Positions 13,301 through 25,499 of a DNA stretch of 64,000 nt are shown here, piece by piece. Position 1 is the first letter of the stretch. The number at the start of each line of letters is the position of its first letter. Source of the DNA: Octopus sinensis (taxonomy: Eukaryota); contig NC_043025.1 in NCBI RefSeq assembly GCF_006345805.1, positions 7,006,001-7,070,000 on the forward strand, in the 5' to 3' direction. Below the pieces are notes generated by a model. That model saw only the letters and a program-made list of their open reading frames with translations, did not search any database and had not been told where the DNA came from. A program made the position numbers and the translations under genes.

Positions 13301-15010
13301 GGAGCAAATACAAGACAGAGGGGGAGGATGTAAGACAGAGGACATAGGGAGAAAATATAAGCCAGAGGGTGAGGATGTAAGAGTGAGGGAGAAGACATAA
13401 GGCTAAGGGAGCAAATACAAGACAGAGGGGAGGATGTAAGACAGAGGACATAGGGAGGAGAGAAAATATAAGCCAGATGGTGAGGATGTAAGAGTGAGGG
13501 AGAAGACATAAGGCTAAGGGAGCAAATACAAGACAGAGGGGGAGGATGTAAGAACAGAGGACATAGGGAGAAAATATAAGCCACAGGGTGAGGATGTAAG
13601 AGTGAGGAGAAGACATAAGGCTAAGGGAGCAAATACAAGACAGAGGGGGAGGATGTAAGACAGAGGACATAGGGAGAAAATATAAGCCAGAGGGTGAGGA
13701 TGTAAGAGTGAGGGAGAAGACATAAGGCTAAGGGAGCAAATACAAGACAGAGGGGGAGGATGTAAGACAGAAAGAGAAGACAGAGGACATAGGGAGAAAA
13801 TATAAGCCAGATGGTGAGGATGTAAGAGTGAGGGAGAAGAAATCATAAGACCAAGGGAGAAAATACAAGACAGAGGGAGGGGGGATGTAAGACAGAAAAA
13901 GAATACAGAGGACATAGAGAGAAAATATAAGCCAGAGGGTGAGGATGTAAGAGTGAGGGAGAAGAAATCATAAGGCCAAGGGAGAAAATACAAGACAGAG
14001 GGGGAGGATGTAAGACAGAAAAAGAAGACAGAGGACATAAGGAGAAAATATAAGCCAGATGGTGAGGATGTAAGAGTGAGGGAGAAGAAATCATAAGGCC
14101 AAGGGAGAAAATACAAGACAGAGGGGGAGGATGTAAGACAGAAAAAGAAGACAGAGGACATAGGGAGAAAATATAAGCCAGAGGGTGAGGATGTAAGAAT
14201 GAGGGAGAAGACATCATAAGACCAAGGGAGCAAATACAAGACAGAGGGGGAGGATGTAAGACAGAAGACATAGGGAGAAAATATAAGCCAGAGGTGAGGA
14301 TGGAAGAGTGAGGAGAAGACATAAGGCTAAGGGAGCAAATACAAGACAGAGGGGGAGGATGTAAGAACAGAGGACATAGGGAGAAAATATAAGCCAGAGG
14401 GTGAGGATGTAAGAATGAGGGAGAGAAGACATAAGGCTAAGGGGCAAATACAAGACAGAGGGGAGGATGTAAGAGTGAGGGAGAAGAAATCATAAGGCCA
14501 AGGGAGAAAATACAAGACAGAGGGGGAGGATGTAAGAGTGAGGGAGAAGACATAAGGCTAAGGGAGGCAAATACAAGACAGAGGGGGAGGATGTAAGACA
14601 GAGGACATAGGGAGAAAATATAAGCCAGAGGGTGAGGATGTAAGAGTGAGGGAGAAGAAATCATAAGGCCAAGGGAGAAAATACAAGACAGAGGGGGAGG
14701 ATGTAAGACAGAAAAAGAAGACAGAGGACATAGGGAGAAAATATAAGCCAGAGGGTGAGGATGTAAGAGTGAGGGAGAAGAAATCATAAGACCAAGGGAG
14801 AAAATACAAGACAGAGGGGGAGGATGTAAGACAGAAAAAGAAGACAGAGGACATAGAGAGAAAATATAAGCCAGAGGGTGAGGATATAAGAGTGAGGGAG
14901 AAGACATCATAAGGCCAAGGGAGAAAATACAAGACAGAGGGGGAGGATGTAAGACAGAAAAAGAAGACAGAGGACATAAGGGGGAAAATATAAGCCAGAG
15001 GGTGAGGACA
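10390..15010. repeat. 107-bp purine-rich minisatellite array, about 40 units, with degenerate flanks at 9620-9965 and 15010-15110
   Basis: Unit GGAGAAAATATAAGCCAGAGGGTGAGGATGTAAGAGTGAGGGAGAAGACATAAGGCTAAGGGAGCAAATACAAGACAGAGGGGGAGGATGTAAGACAGAGGACATAG; ORF-track repeats are offset by exactly 107 (12440, 12547, 12654...). Confidence 0.97.
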
Positions 15011-15130
15011 TATGGCAGAGAGAGAAGTAAGACAGAAGGAGAAAATGGATATAGAGAGAGAAATTTTTAAGACAAGAGATAAGACAGAAGAATTTCCAGA
15101 GGATAAGAGGAATAAAAGTAGAATACTCAC

Positions 15131-15928
15131 AGATCTCGGAGGAAGACGCTGGAAAACTTCGCTAATGTCACGCTCACCGTCCTTAGCTGTTATAATGGCT
15201 GTGTAGAGTTGGTTGATCTCCAAGGCATCTTCATTGGAGAGGACATGCTCTGTGGTAGTGGTGGGCGTGGAAGTGGCGCTTGGCGTACCCATGGTGGTCG
15301 CGATGCCGGCGGCAACGGATGGTTGCGCATGCGAGGTTGGGGTCGCTGCCGACGCCAGCAGCGAGACCCCGTCCTTCGACATTTCATCATCTTCCTCGTC
15401 GTCTTCCATGTCTTCGTCATCTCCTCCTCCACCGCCCCCTCGCTGAGCCTGAGCTTGCACACCACTTCCAACAACAGTCCCAACCATCCCCACTCCTCCT
15501 CCTACTCCTCCCATCACCACTCCTGCTCCTCCGCCGCCGCCGCCACTGCCTCCGACAGCCTCCATCTGGTTCTTCCTGGCACTCCGCCTCCGCTCGGGGC
15601 CTGGTGTCATGTTGGCCCCCGTTCCCCCGCTTGGCGGCGCGGAGGCAGATGCGGCTGCAGTAGCGGCAGCGGCTGCCGCTGCGGACTCGGCAGCCGCAGC
15701 GGCTACGGCAGCGGTGGCCGCTGCGGCTGCAGCAGCTGCACAACTGATGGGGGGTTGTGGCGTCGGAGGGGTCGGCATGGAGACAACAGATGTAGTGGCA
15801 GTGGGGGTGGCCATGGGCATACTGGGAGCAGGGGAGGGGTCACCAAACACTTCGGATATCAGTTCATTCCGTGTTGCCTGGAATATCTCCCATAAGTCAC
15901 AAGCGTCCTTGTACTCCTGGGAACTTTT
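15131..15928 (-). CDS. PBRM1: Polybromo-1 coding exon 4: end of BD1, long low-complexity linker, start of BD2 (266 aa)
   Basis: Acceptor TTTTTGTGTAG|AAAAGT, donor AGATCT|GTGAGT, 798 nt open frame (phase 0 to 0); begins KSSQEYKDACDLWEIF and ends EINQLYTAIITAKDGERDISEVFQRLPPRS. Confidence 0.95.
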
Positions 15929-16493
15929 CTACACAAAAAGAAAAAAAGAAAAAAACACCATAAATCATATATAAAAGGTATCAATAGAATAAATTGACCC
16001 CTCTCACTTACACCTCTTCTTTCTCATTTAGAAACCCTTAATCCCACAAATATAAACACATACTTCCAACCAATGTAACAATAGCAGCAGTAATAATAAT
16101 AATAATAATAATAATAATCCTTTCTACTATAGGCACAAGGCCTGAAATTTAGTGAAGGGTGGCTAGTCGATTTCCTCGACCCCAGTGCGTAACTGGTATA
16201 TAATTTCATCAACCCTGAAAGGATGGAAGGCAAAGTTGACCTTGGCGAAATTTGTGGGCAATAAAGAAATAATAAATATGGTAAAAAAATGGGTCAACAC
16301 CTGAAATAAGGCCATTTTGGACAAGTAATACTCTGTTATCAAAACACAAAAAAACAAGGTGGGAAGGTCATGACCAGATTGCCTTTCATCCCTGGCCTGT
16401 TTAATCAGGGTTGCCAACTCAGAGCTAAACAGCACCAACAAATCAAGCCACAGAAATAAATAATAACTAAACCCTTCAGCATTTAAACTGGCC

Positions 16494-16786
16494 ATATAAA
16501 AGTGAAGTTGTGTGAGTGTCTGTCTCCTACAATTTAGATTCCTAACTACTCCCACATTTTGCGGTGCAGTTTAACCAAAACCAGGTATCTTATAGTCGTG
16601 ATTCATATCGAGCCTTTCTGGGTATTAGCGCGCGTCTACGATGAGTCTATGATTTTAAAAAAAGCTTACCATCATTTTTCCCATTTTAATGCATTTTTTC
16701 CTATTATATAAGGGAAGTAACTCTCTAAAAATGCTTATATAGTTATTTCCCTTACAAACCCGAGCAACGCCAGGCGATACTGCTAG
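16494..16786 (+). mobile_element. Helitron, short or 5'-degraded copy
   Basis: Ends GCAACGCCAGGCGATACTGCTAG|T. Confidence 0.75.
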
Positions 16787-17348
16787 TTAAGAACAAAGTG
16801 AGGAATGACCAAGACCTTTGGCATTATGTCATACTTGAGAAGGCCCATCATGCCAAGTAAATTTGCAGTTGCGGCAGATACTGTTGTCAAGCAAATGGCA
16901 CCTGTGCCGGGGGTCACGTAAAAGCACCCATTAAACTCCCGGAGTGGGTGGTGTTAGGAAGAGCAACCGTGTCAAATCAGACTTGAATCTGGCGCAGCCT
17001 CGTCCAACTCTTGCCAGCGTGGACAATAGACGTTAAATGATGATGTGTGTGTGTGTGTGTGTGTGTGTGTTTGTGCATATCGTATCAACTGAAAAGTTAT
17101 GTAACTATCAGGTTGATTAAAATATACATGCATCTTATCTATCCATCTATCTATATACATATAAGGGGGATGACCACTAAGTGGACATCCATCATGCTAG
17201 AGGTAGACCCCATTATGATCTGACCACTAAGAAAAGATTTGGTGCAGCCTTGTCCAACTCTTGCCAGCGTGGACAATAGACGTTAAATGATGGTGATGTA
17301 GATAAATGTGAATGAAAGAGCATTGCATTTGATAGAATAATCTCAATG

Positions 17349-17745
17349 GGCGCAGGAGTGGCTGTGTGGTAAGTAGCTTGTTTACCAACTACATGGTTCC
17401 GGGTTCAGTCCCACTGCGTGGCATCTTGGGCAAGTGTCTTCTACTATAGCCTCGGGCCGACCAAAGCCTTGTGAGTGGATTTGGTAGACGGAAACTGAAA
17501 GAAGCCCGTCATATATATGTATGTGTGTGTGTGTGTGTGTGTTTGTGTGTCTGTGTTTGTCCCCCTAGCATTGCTTGACAACCGATGCTGGTGTGTTTGT
17601 GTCGCCGTCACTTAGCGGTTCGGCAAAAGAGACCGATAGAATAAGTAATGGGCTTACAAAGATTAAGTCCCAGGGTCGAGTTGCTCGACTAAAGGCGGTG
17701 CCCCAGCATGGCCGCAGTCAAATGAGTGAAACAAGTAAAAGAGAG
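17349..17745 (+). mobile_element. Family A SINE, full length
   Basis: Same diagnostic blocks. Confidence 0.88.
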
Positions 17746-17841
17746 AAAGAGAGAGAGAGAGTAATGCTTAATGGGTTAAATAGAAGCCTTCTTTCAACGC
17801 CCCTCCGTCAAGCCCTACCCTAAATGCTTCCTGCTACTTAC

Positions 17842-17989
17842 TCTGTAATAAGCTTTCGTGTTGTTGACCATCAGTTCGATGTCAGCAGCAAACTGTTCCA
17901 AATCATCGTATTCATCAGTCTTTAATTTCTGTTGAATCTTCAAGAGATCAATGGGTGTACTCACTACGTCATAGTAATCGGCAGCAGTT
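17842..17989 (-). CDS. PBRM1: Polybromo-1 coding exon 3, bromodomain 1 core (TAADYYDVVSTPIDLLKIQQKLKTDEYDDLEQFAADIELMVNNTKAYYR)
   Basis: Acceptor CATTTTAG|A, donor AGA|GTAAGT, 148 nt (phase 2 to 0); bromodomain DYY..V..PIDL..I..KL...Y and NxxxY motifs. Confidence 0.97.
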
Positions 17990-18059
17990 CTAAAATGAGA
18001 CAAAAATACACAAAGATATACATGACTGGGTGTTTTGGGTAAGAGAAAATAGAGGAGGA

Positions 18060-18218
18060 TCAGTGGCTGTGTGGTAAGTAGCTTGCTTAGCAACCAAATG
18101 GTTCCGGGTTCAGTCCCACTGCGTGGCACCTTGGGCAAGTGTCTTCTGCTATAGCCTCAGGCCGACCAATGCCTTGTGAGTGGATTTGGTAGACGGAAAC
18201 TGAAAGAAGCCTGTCGTA

Positions 18219-18282
<64 letters not shown>

Positions 18283-18655
18283 CACAGGAGTGGCTGTGTG
18301 GTAAGTAGCTTGCTTAGCAACCAAATGGTTCCGGGTTCAGTCCCACTGCGTGGCATCTTGGGCAAGTGTCTTCTGCTATAGCCCCGGGCCGACCAATGCC
18401 TTGTGAGTGGATTTGGTAGGCGGAAACTGAAAGAAGCCTGTCGTATATATGTATGTGTGTCCGTGTTTGTCCCCCTAGCATTGTTTGACAACCGATGCTG
18501 GTGTGTTTATGTCCCCGTTACTTAGCGGTTCGGCAAAAGAGACCGATAGAATAAGTACTGGGCTTACAAAAGAATAAGTCCCGGGGTCGATTTGCTCGAT
18601 TAAAGGCGGTGCTCCAGCATGGCCGCAGTCAAATGACAAACAAGTAAGAGAGAAA
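18060..18655 (+). mobile_element. Family A SINE with duplicated 5' half (18060-18215, then full copy 18281-18655)
   Basis: Near-identical head and CORE repeated across a (TA)n tract. Confidence 0.85.
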
Positions 18656-19159
18656 GAGAGTTAATTATGATTTCGTTCAACATATAATCTCCTCTCAGGT
18701 TCACACACTTATTTCAACGGCCCTTCAGTTTTTCTACGCTCTGTGAAAGTACTCAGAAGTTTGGGCCCCTAACCAGGCTTTTCACAATACCCATACAGCC
18801 AAGATTTTTTCAGTACTCTTTCATGTGTGTGCATGTATATTGATCAGTAGATAGATCGATTGATAGATAGATAAGTTTCTTTATTGGCCACAAAGGGCTG
18901 CACACAGATGGGACAAGTTACAAGGTAGAGCTTTTCTTTTGGGGGAGGGGAAAAAAAAAAAAAAGGCAGCACAGGTTTCCGATCAAAAGGGATCGTAAAA
19001 GGGAAAAAAGAACAAAAAAAAAGAAAAAAGAAAAAAAAGAAAAAAGGGAAAAGGAACAAAAGAAAAGTGAAAAAAGAAGAAAAAAGGGGAAGAGGAAAAG
19101 AAAATGATCAATAGGGATCGTGTATCACAGTGTCATGATGTATGGTGTAAAGGGGAAAG

Positions 19160-19160
19160 C

Positions 19161-19251
<91 letters not shown>

Positions 19252-19535
19252 CAGATTGATTGATCGATAGATAGATAGATAGATCAATAGATCGATAGAT
19301 CAATGGATGGATGGATGGGTAGATAGATCGATTGATAGATAGATAGATCAATGGATGGATAAATAGATAGATAGACAGATTGATTGATCGATAGATAGAT
19401 AGATAGATCAATAGATCGATGGATGGATGGGTAGATAGATCGATTGATAGATAGATAGATCAATGGATGGATAAATAGATAGATAGACAGATTGATTGAT
19501 CGATAGATAGATAAATGTATCTAGATCGATAGATT
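19160..19535. repeat. (GATA)n microsatellite with a degenerate duplicated extension
   Basis: Direct reading. Confidence 0.95.
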
Positions 19536-19544
19536 GACAGACAG

Positions 19545-19800
19545 ACAGGTCTCTGCAGAATAGTCTTAATGGTAAAAATTTCAATTTCTTGGATGACCTT
19601 AAAAAGATACCTTGATGAATTGTTTGCCATGAAACCACCTCAATTCTGGGAAGAGGGTATTTTCAAGTTAAAAGAAAGATGGAGACGCATTGTGCAACAA
19701 AATGGTTTATATTTGGTTGATTAAAAATGTAATGGCAAGTATTTATTGAACTTTTACTTTCCTTTAAAAATAGGCATGAACTTTCCAGACACCCCAATAT
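19545..19800 (+). mobile_element. Mariner transposase C-terminal remnant and right end
   Basis: SLNGKNFNFLDDL...KPPQFWEEGIFKLKERWRRIVQQNGLYLVD* followed by a TIR-like end; partial duplicate at 19975-20350. Confidence 0.8.
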
Positions 19801-20050
19801 TTTACTTGTTTCAATTATTAAACGATGGCCATGCTGGAGTGTTCTTTTAATTGAACAAATCATCACCAGTACTTTACTCTTTTTCTCAAATCTTGCCCTT
19901 ATTCTATTCATCTGTTTATTGCCAAACTGCTCAGTTATGGTGACATAAACAAACCAACACTGGTTTTTGAGCAATAGTGGAGAAGAGGGTATTTTCAAGT
20001 TAAAGGAAAGATGCATTGTGCAACAAAATGGTTCATATTTGGTTGATTAA

Positions 20051-20271
20051 CCCTTTAGTGTTCGCATTATTCTACCAAAATGAATGCTTTTTTATCCACA
20101 TTGTTTTGAACTAATCATGCATTATCTTGTAGCGATGAGATTTTGATGAGGTAGCTGTTAATTTTTAAAACGGTATTGTAGGGTTGGTGTGAGAGACCAG
20201 ATCTGGCCAGTTTGAACATAAAACAGGCTGAATACTTTTGGCCGGATATGGCCGGTTTAAATGCTAAAGGG
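20051..20271. mobile_element. piggyBac-type MITE inserted in a mariner 3' end
   Basis: TTAA|CCCTTTAG...CTAAAGGG|TTAA; the flanks rejoin to GGTTGATTAAAAATGTAATGGC as in the uninterrupted copy near 19715. Confidence 0.8.
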
Positions 20272-20552
20272 TTAAAAATGTAATGGCAAGTATTTATTGA
20301 CCTTTTTCTTTCCTTTAAAAATTGGCAGGAACTTTCCGGACAACCCAATACAAGTACAACTCATTTTTGCCAGCTGAGTGGATGGGAGCAATATGAAATA
20401 AAGTGTCTTGCTCAAGGACACAACATCCACCGGGTATTGAACTTGCAGCTTTATGATCATGATGAGCCAAATACCCGCAACCACATTGCCATGCAATGGT
20501 AAAAATCAAAAACACAAGAGCGGATTATGTTGTTATGTATTTAAAGTCTCAC

Positions 20553-20650
20553 CTTCGTTTAGGGGCCCTTATAAAGGCTTCACACAGCAAACGGCCGTCT
20601 TCTGTCTTGTAATTCCGTATCGTTTCGTAAAGGTCTTGACAGATTTCAAT
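20553..20650 (-). CDS. PBRM1: Polybromo-1 coding exon 2, bromodomain 1 N-terminal part (IEICQDLYETIRNYKTEDGRLLCEAFIRAPKR)
   Basis: Acceptor TTTCTCAAG|ATT, donor GAAG|GTGAGA, 98 nt (phase 0 to 2); close match to recalled PBRM1 BD1 sequence ([30 protein letters not shown]). Confidence 0.96.
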
Positions 20651-21584
20651 CTTGAGAAAGAGAAAATATAAACACATAAATATGTATAAATACACACACA
20701 CAGACATATATATGATAAAATCAATAGAAATAGTACAACAAACTTGCCATAAGGAGCAGAAAATCCACCAGTTCAATCACAGACCTTCCTCAGGGCAGAA
20801 GTCGAAAGGAGAGAAATAAATATATATATATATGCCTTGACTGGCTTCTGTGCCAGTGGCACGTAAAAGGCACCAACCGATCATAAAAAGCATCCACTAC
20901 ACTCTCGGAGTGGTTTGCGTTAGGAAGGGCATCCAGCTGTAGAAACACTGCCAGATCAGACTGGAGCCTGGTGCAGCCTCCTGGCTTCCCAGACCCCAGT
21001 CGAACCGTCCAACCCATGCTAGCATGGAAAACGGACATTACACGATGATGATGATGTTATATATATATACACACACATACATATATGACCCAAGCAAGCA
21101 TGGTAAATAATTATCATGATGACATACACACGTGTGTGTATGTATGTATATATATATATATATATATGGAAGCACTCCGTCAGTTACAACAACGAGGGTT
21201 CCGGTTGATCCGATCAACGGAACAGCCTGCTCATGAAATTAACGTGTAAGTGGCTGAGCACTCCAGAGACACGTGTACCCTTAACGTAGTTCTCGGGGAT
21301 ATTCAGCGTGACACAGAGAGTGACAAGGCCGGCCCTTTGAAATACAGGTACAACAGAAACAGGAAGTAAGAGTGAGAGAAAGTTGTGGTGAAAGAGTACA
21401 GCAGGGATCACCACCATCCCCTGCCGGAGCCTCGTGGAGCTTTTTTAGGTGTTTTCGCTCAATAAACACTCACAACGCCCGGTCTGGGAATCGAAACCGC
21501 GATCCTATGACCACGAGTCCGCTGCCCTAACCACTGGGCCATTGCGCCTCCACACACACGCACGCACGCACGCACGCACGCACG

Positions 21585-21639
<55 letters not shown>

Positions 21640-21844
21640 ACAGACAGACAGACAGATACACACACATTTATAAACAGTTTCACACAAATGCATATACCGC
21701 TGCTATTATGCAAAAGTGTCCTAAGTCCAAAGCGTTGTTCTATCAGAAAACGAAAAAATAGTTTCATCCTTCCATTTCTTTTTACATTAGCAACAGTTTC
21801 AGCTTAACAATAATACTTTGTTAGGTGCATAAAATCCTAACTCC

Positions 21845-22860
21845 ATCATCATCATCATCATCATCGTTTAACGTCCGCTTTCCATGCTGGCATGGGTTGG
21901 ACGGTTCTACTGGGGTCTGGGAAGCCAGGAGGCTGCACCAGGCCCAGTCTGATCTGGCAGTGTTTCTACAGCTGGATGCCCTTCCTAACGCCAACCACTC
22001 CATGAGTATAGTGGGTGCTTTCCATGCTGGCATGGGTTGGACGGTTCTACTGGGGTCTGTGAAGCCAGAAGGCTTCATCAGGCTCCAGTCTGATCTGGCA
22101 GTGTTTCTACAGCTGGATGCCCTTCCTAACGCCAACCACTCCATGAGTATAGTGGGTGCTTTCCATACTGGCATGGGTTGGACGGTTCTACTGGGGTCTG
22201 TGAAGCCAGAAGGCTTCATCAGGCCCAGTCTGATCTGGCAGTGTTTCTACAGCTGGATGCCCTTCCTAACGCCAACCACTCCATGAGTATAGTGGGTGCT
22301 TTCCATGCTGGCATGGGTTGGACGGTTCTACTGGGGTCTGTGAAGCCAGAAGGCTTCATCAGGCTCCAGTCTGATCTGGCAGTGTTTCTACAGCTGGATG
22401 CCCTTCCTAACGCCAACCACTCCATGAGTATAGTGGGTGCTTTCCATGCTGGCATGGGTTGGACGGTTCAACTGGGGTCTGTGAAGCCAGAAGGCTTCAT
22501 CAGGCTCCAGTCTGATCTGGCAGTGTTTCTACGGCTGGATGCCCTTCCTAACGCCAACCACTCCATGAGTATAGTGGGTGCTTTCCATGCTGGCATGGGT
22601 TGGACGGTTCTACTGGGGTCTGTGAAGCCAGAAGGCTTCATCAGGCCCAGTCTGATCTGGCAGTGTTTCTACAGCTGGATGCCCTTCCTAACGCCAACCA
22701 CTCCATGAGTATAGTGGGTGCTTTCCATGCTGGCATGGGTTGGACGGTTCTACTGGGGTCTGTGAAGCCAGAAGGCTTCATCAGGCTCCAGTCTGATCTG
22801 GCAGTGTTTCTACAGCTGGATGCCCTTCCTAACGCCAACCACTCCGTGAGTGTAGTGGAT
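21845..22860 (-). repeat. Seven-unit 140/141-bp tandem array derived from the (ATG)n-tailed retroposon family C
   Basis: Unit starts at 21881, 22021, 22162, 22302, 22443, 22584 and 22724. Confidence 0.92.
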
Positions 22861-23082
22861 GCTTTTAGTCAGAAATATTTTTGCAAAACTGTCATATGTA
22901 GGACTTACTACACTTTTGATAAATGCTAAACTGTTGAACTACACTTTGACGATTTTCAGATCTGAAGCATCTGGAGATACAATAGTTTGACCAAAAGAAC
23001 CAGCCGTTGCAAGCAAAATTAAATATCGAAAAAAAAACAGATTTGGCCAAATTTGGACATACAACAGTATAATAGCAACGAG

Positions 23083-23121
<39 letters not shown>

Positions 23122-23271
23122 TATCTATATATATATACATATATAAAATACAAAATGAGACAAGAACGCAAAACATCCAGAAGACGAGACAAAAAACACG
23201 GACGGGTCATTCAAAGCCTTTAATCTTCAGTCAAGAACCGGATCATCCTCGCAATTTTGGCTGATTATATA

Positions 23272-23330
<59 letters not shown>

Positions 23331-24221
23331 ATGATCACGTGACCGACCAGACCATCAGATGTTGCTACACATCGCTAGTCACAATGCGTTTGCATTGTTT
23401 TAGCCTTCGAATGACACCATCCCGCTGGCTAAGTGAGCAGGCCATATATATATGACACATATACATACATGAACATATGCACACATATACATACATGCAC
23501 ACATACACATATGCACACATATATACAAATACATGCACATACACAATAACACGCATATATACAAAAATACACAATAACACACACATAGATACATACATAT
23601 GCAAAAACACATACATACACAGACACACTAACACACATACATGAACACATACACACATATACAGGTGTACGAGGGTGAGTTAGAAAGTGACGCAAATTAA
23701 AATTGCATTACTTCCTGACTCGCCATCAAGGTGGGGAGGTAGAAGCTACCTGCCCAGGTGTGGTACAGTGGGACTGGGCCCAAGACCACATGATTGGGCA
23801 AACAAGCTTCGTAGCATACATCATCATCATCATCATCATTTAGCGTCCGTTTTCCATGCTGCCATGGGTTGGACGGTTCAACTGGGGTCTGGGAAGCCAG
23901 AAGGCTTCATCAGGCCCAGTCAGATCTGGCAGTGTTTCTACGGCTGGATGCCCTTCCTAACGCCAACCACTCCGTGAGTGTAGTGGGTGCTTTTTACGTG
24001 CCACCCGCACAGGTGCCAGACAGAGCTGGCAAACGGCCACGAACGGATGGTGCTTTTACGTGTCACCGGCACAGGGGCCAGGCAAGGCTGGCACACACAA
24101 CAATCAAGTACATAGGTACAAAACCAAGGTGGAGAAATAGCAGATGAACACTAAAAGTAGACTACAATGTTATCGAGGCTGAAAAGCCATCACAAGCTGT
24201 TATTCAGAGTTTCATCTAGCT

Positions 24222-25365
24222 CAGGAGTTCTCAACCATTTTTCATCTATGGACCCCTTTGATTACTATTTTATTCTGGTGAACCCCCATAGTCATTTGAT
24301 GCTTAACCCTTTAGTATTTAAACCGGCCATATCCGGCCAAAATATTTAATCTGTTTTATGTTCAAACTGACCAGATCCAGGCTCTCACACCTACCCTACA
24401 ATGTTATTCTACATTAAGTAATTACACCATCAAGATCTTGAAGATATGAGATAATGCACGATTAATTCAAATCAATGGGAATCAATAAGCATTATGTTTG
24501 ATAGAATAATCAGAACACTAAAGGGTTAAAAACTAGTTTCATAGAAACTTCTTTCAAAATTCCTATTTTGTTTTTCACACATTAACTTGTGTAGGTTGAA
24601 CAATGTAAAATGTTAGAGAAAGAAACCCAGCTCTTTCTTGCAATACAAAACCAATACATACACCTAAAGCAGGGGTTCTCAACCATTTCTTATCTATGGA
24701 CCCCCTTTGATTATTATTTTATTCTGGTGGACCCTAATAGCCATTCGATGCTTCAAAACTAGTTTTATAGAAACTTCTTTCAAAATTCCTATTTTGTTTT
24801 CCACACATTAACTTGTGTAGGTTGAACAATGGAAAATATTAGGGAAAGAACCCAGCTCTTTCTTGCAATACAAAACCAATACATACACCTAAAGCAGGGG
24901 TTCTCAACCATTTCTTATCTATGGACCCCCTTTGATTATTATTTTATTCTGGTGGACCCTAATAGCCATTCGATGCTTCAAAACTAGTTTTATAGAAACT
25001 TCTTTCAAAATTCCTATTTTGTTTTCCACACATTAACTTGTGTAGGTTGAACAATGGAAAATATTAGGGAAAAAAACCCAGTTGTTTCTTGCGATACAGA
25101 CCAATACATACATATAAAGCAGCAGGGGTTCTCAACTATTTTTTTTTTTACTTACGGGGCCCCTTTGATCACTATTCTATTCTGGTGGACCCCCATAGCC
25201 ATTAAATGTTTAAAAACTAGTTTAATAGAAACGTCTTTTAAAATTTTTTTTCAGGGGCCGATAAAATACTATTGTGAATCCCCAATTTACTAGTTTGTTG
25301 CATGGCCCCCAAAAAATCTGATATGGGCCCTCAGGGGCTATATGGACCCCGGCTGAGAATCACTG
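24222..25365. mobile_element. hAT-like MITE with internal ~223-bp tandem duplications
   Basis: CAGG(G/A)GTTCTCAAC at 24222, 24670, 24894 and about 25124; right end GCTGAGAATCACTG. Confidence 0.65.
24307..24525. mobile_element. piggyBac-type MITE, second copy, nested in a hAT-like MITE
   Basis: TTAA TSD, CCC...GGG ends, inverse of 20051-20271. Confidence 0.8.
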
Positions 25366-25499
25366 ATCTAACTGATTATCAGAACAAAGCTTACTTTCAG
25401 AACAATAAAATGGTTTATATATGTTCACAAATGGTGCAATGATGGATGGACATTAGTCTCTTGTAGTCCGAGAAAGACAATGACTTTGAAATTTCTTGC

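Noticed and set aside
10366-14910. Many Leu/Ser/Pro-rich ORFs up to 378 aa
   Set aside because: These are translations of the stop-poor strand of the 107-bp minisatellite
15209-15974. Plus-strand ORFs (228, 127 and 121 aa) overlapping exon 4
   Set aside because: Antisense shadows of a GC-rich low-complexity coding exon
22060-22085. Minus-strand CTGATGA-AGCC-TTCT-GGCT in the 140/141-bp array as a multimeric hammerhead
   Set aside because: The stem is followed by TCAC rather than GAAA in every unit
23195-23235. Minus-strand CTGAAGA...GAATGACCCGTC as a hammerhead
   Set aside because: Stem II is not pairable and the GAAA core is broken
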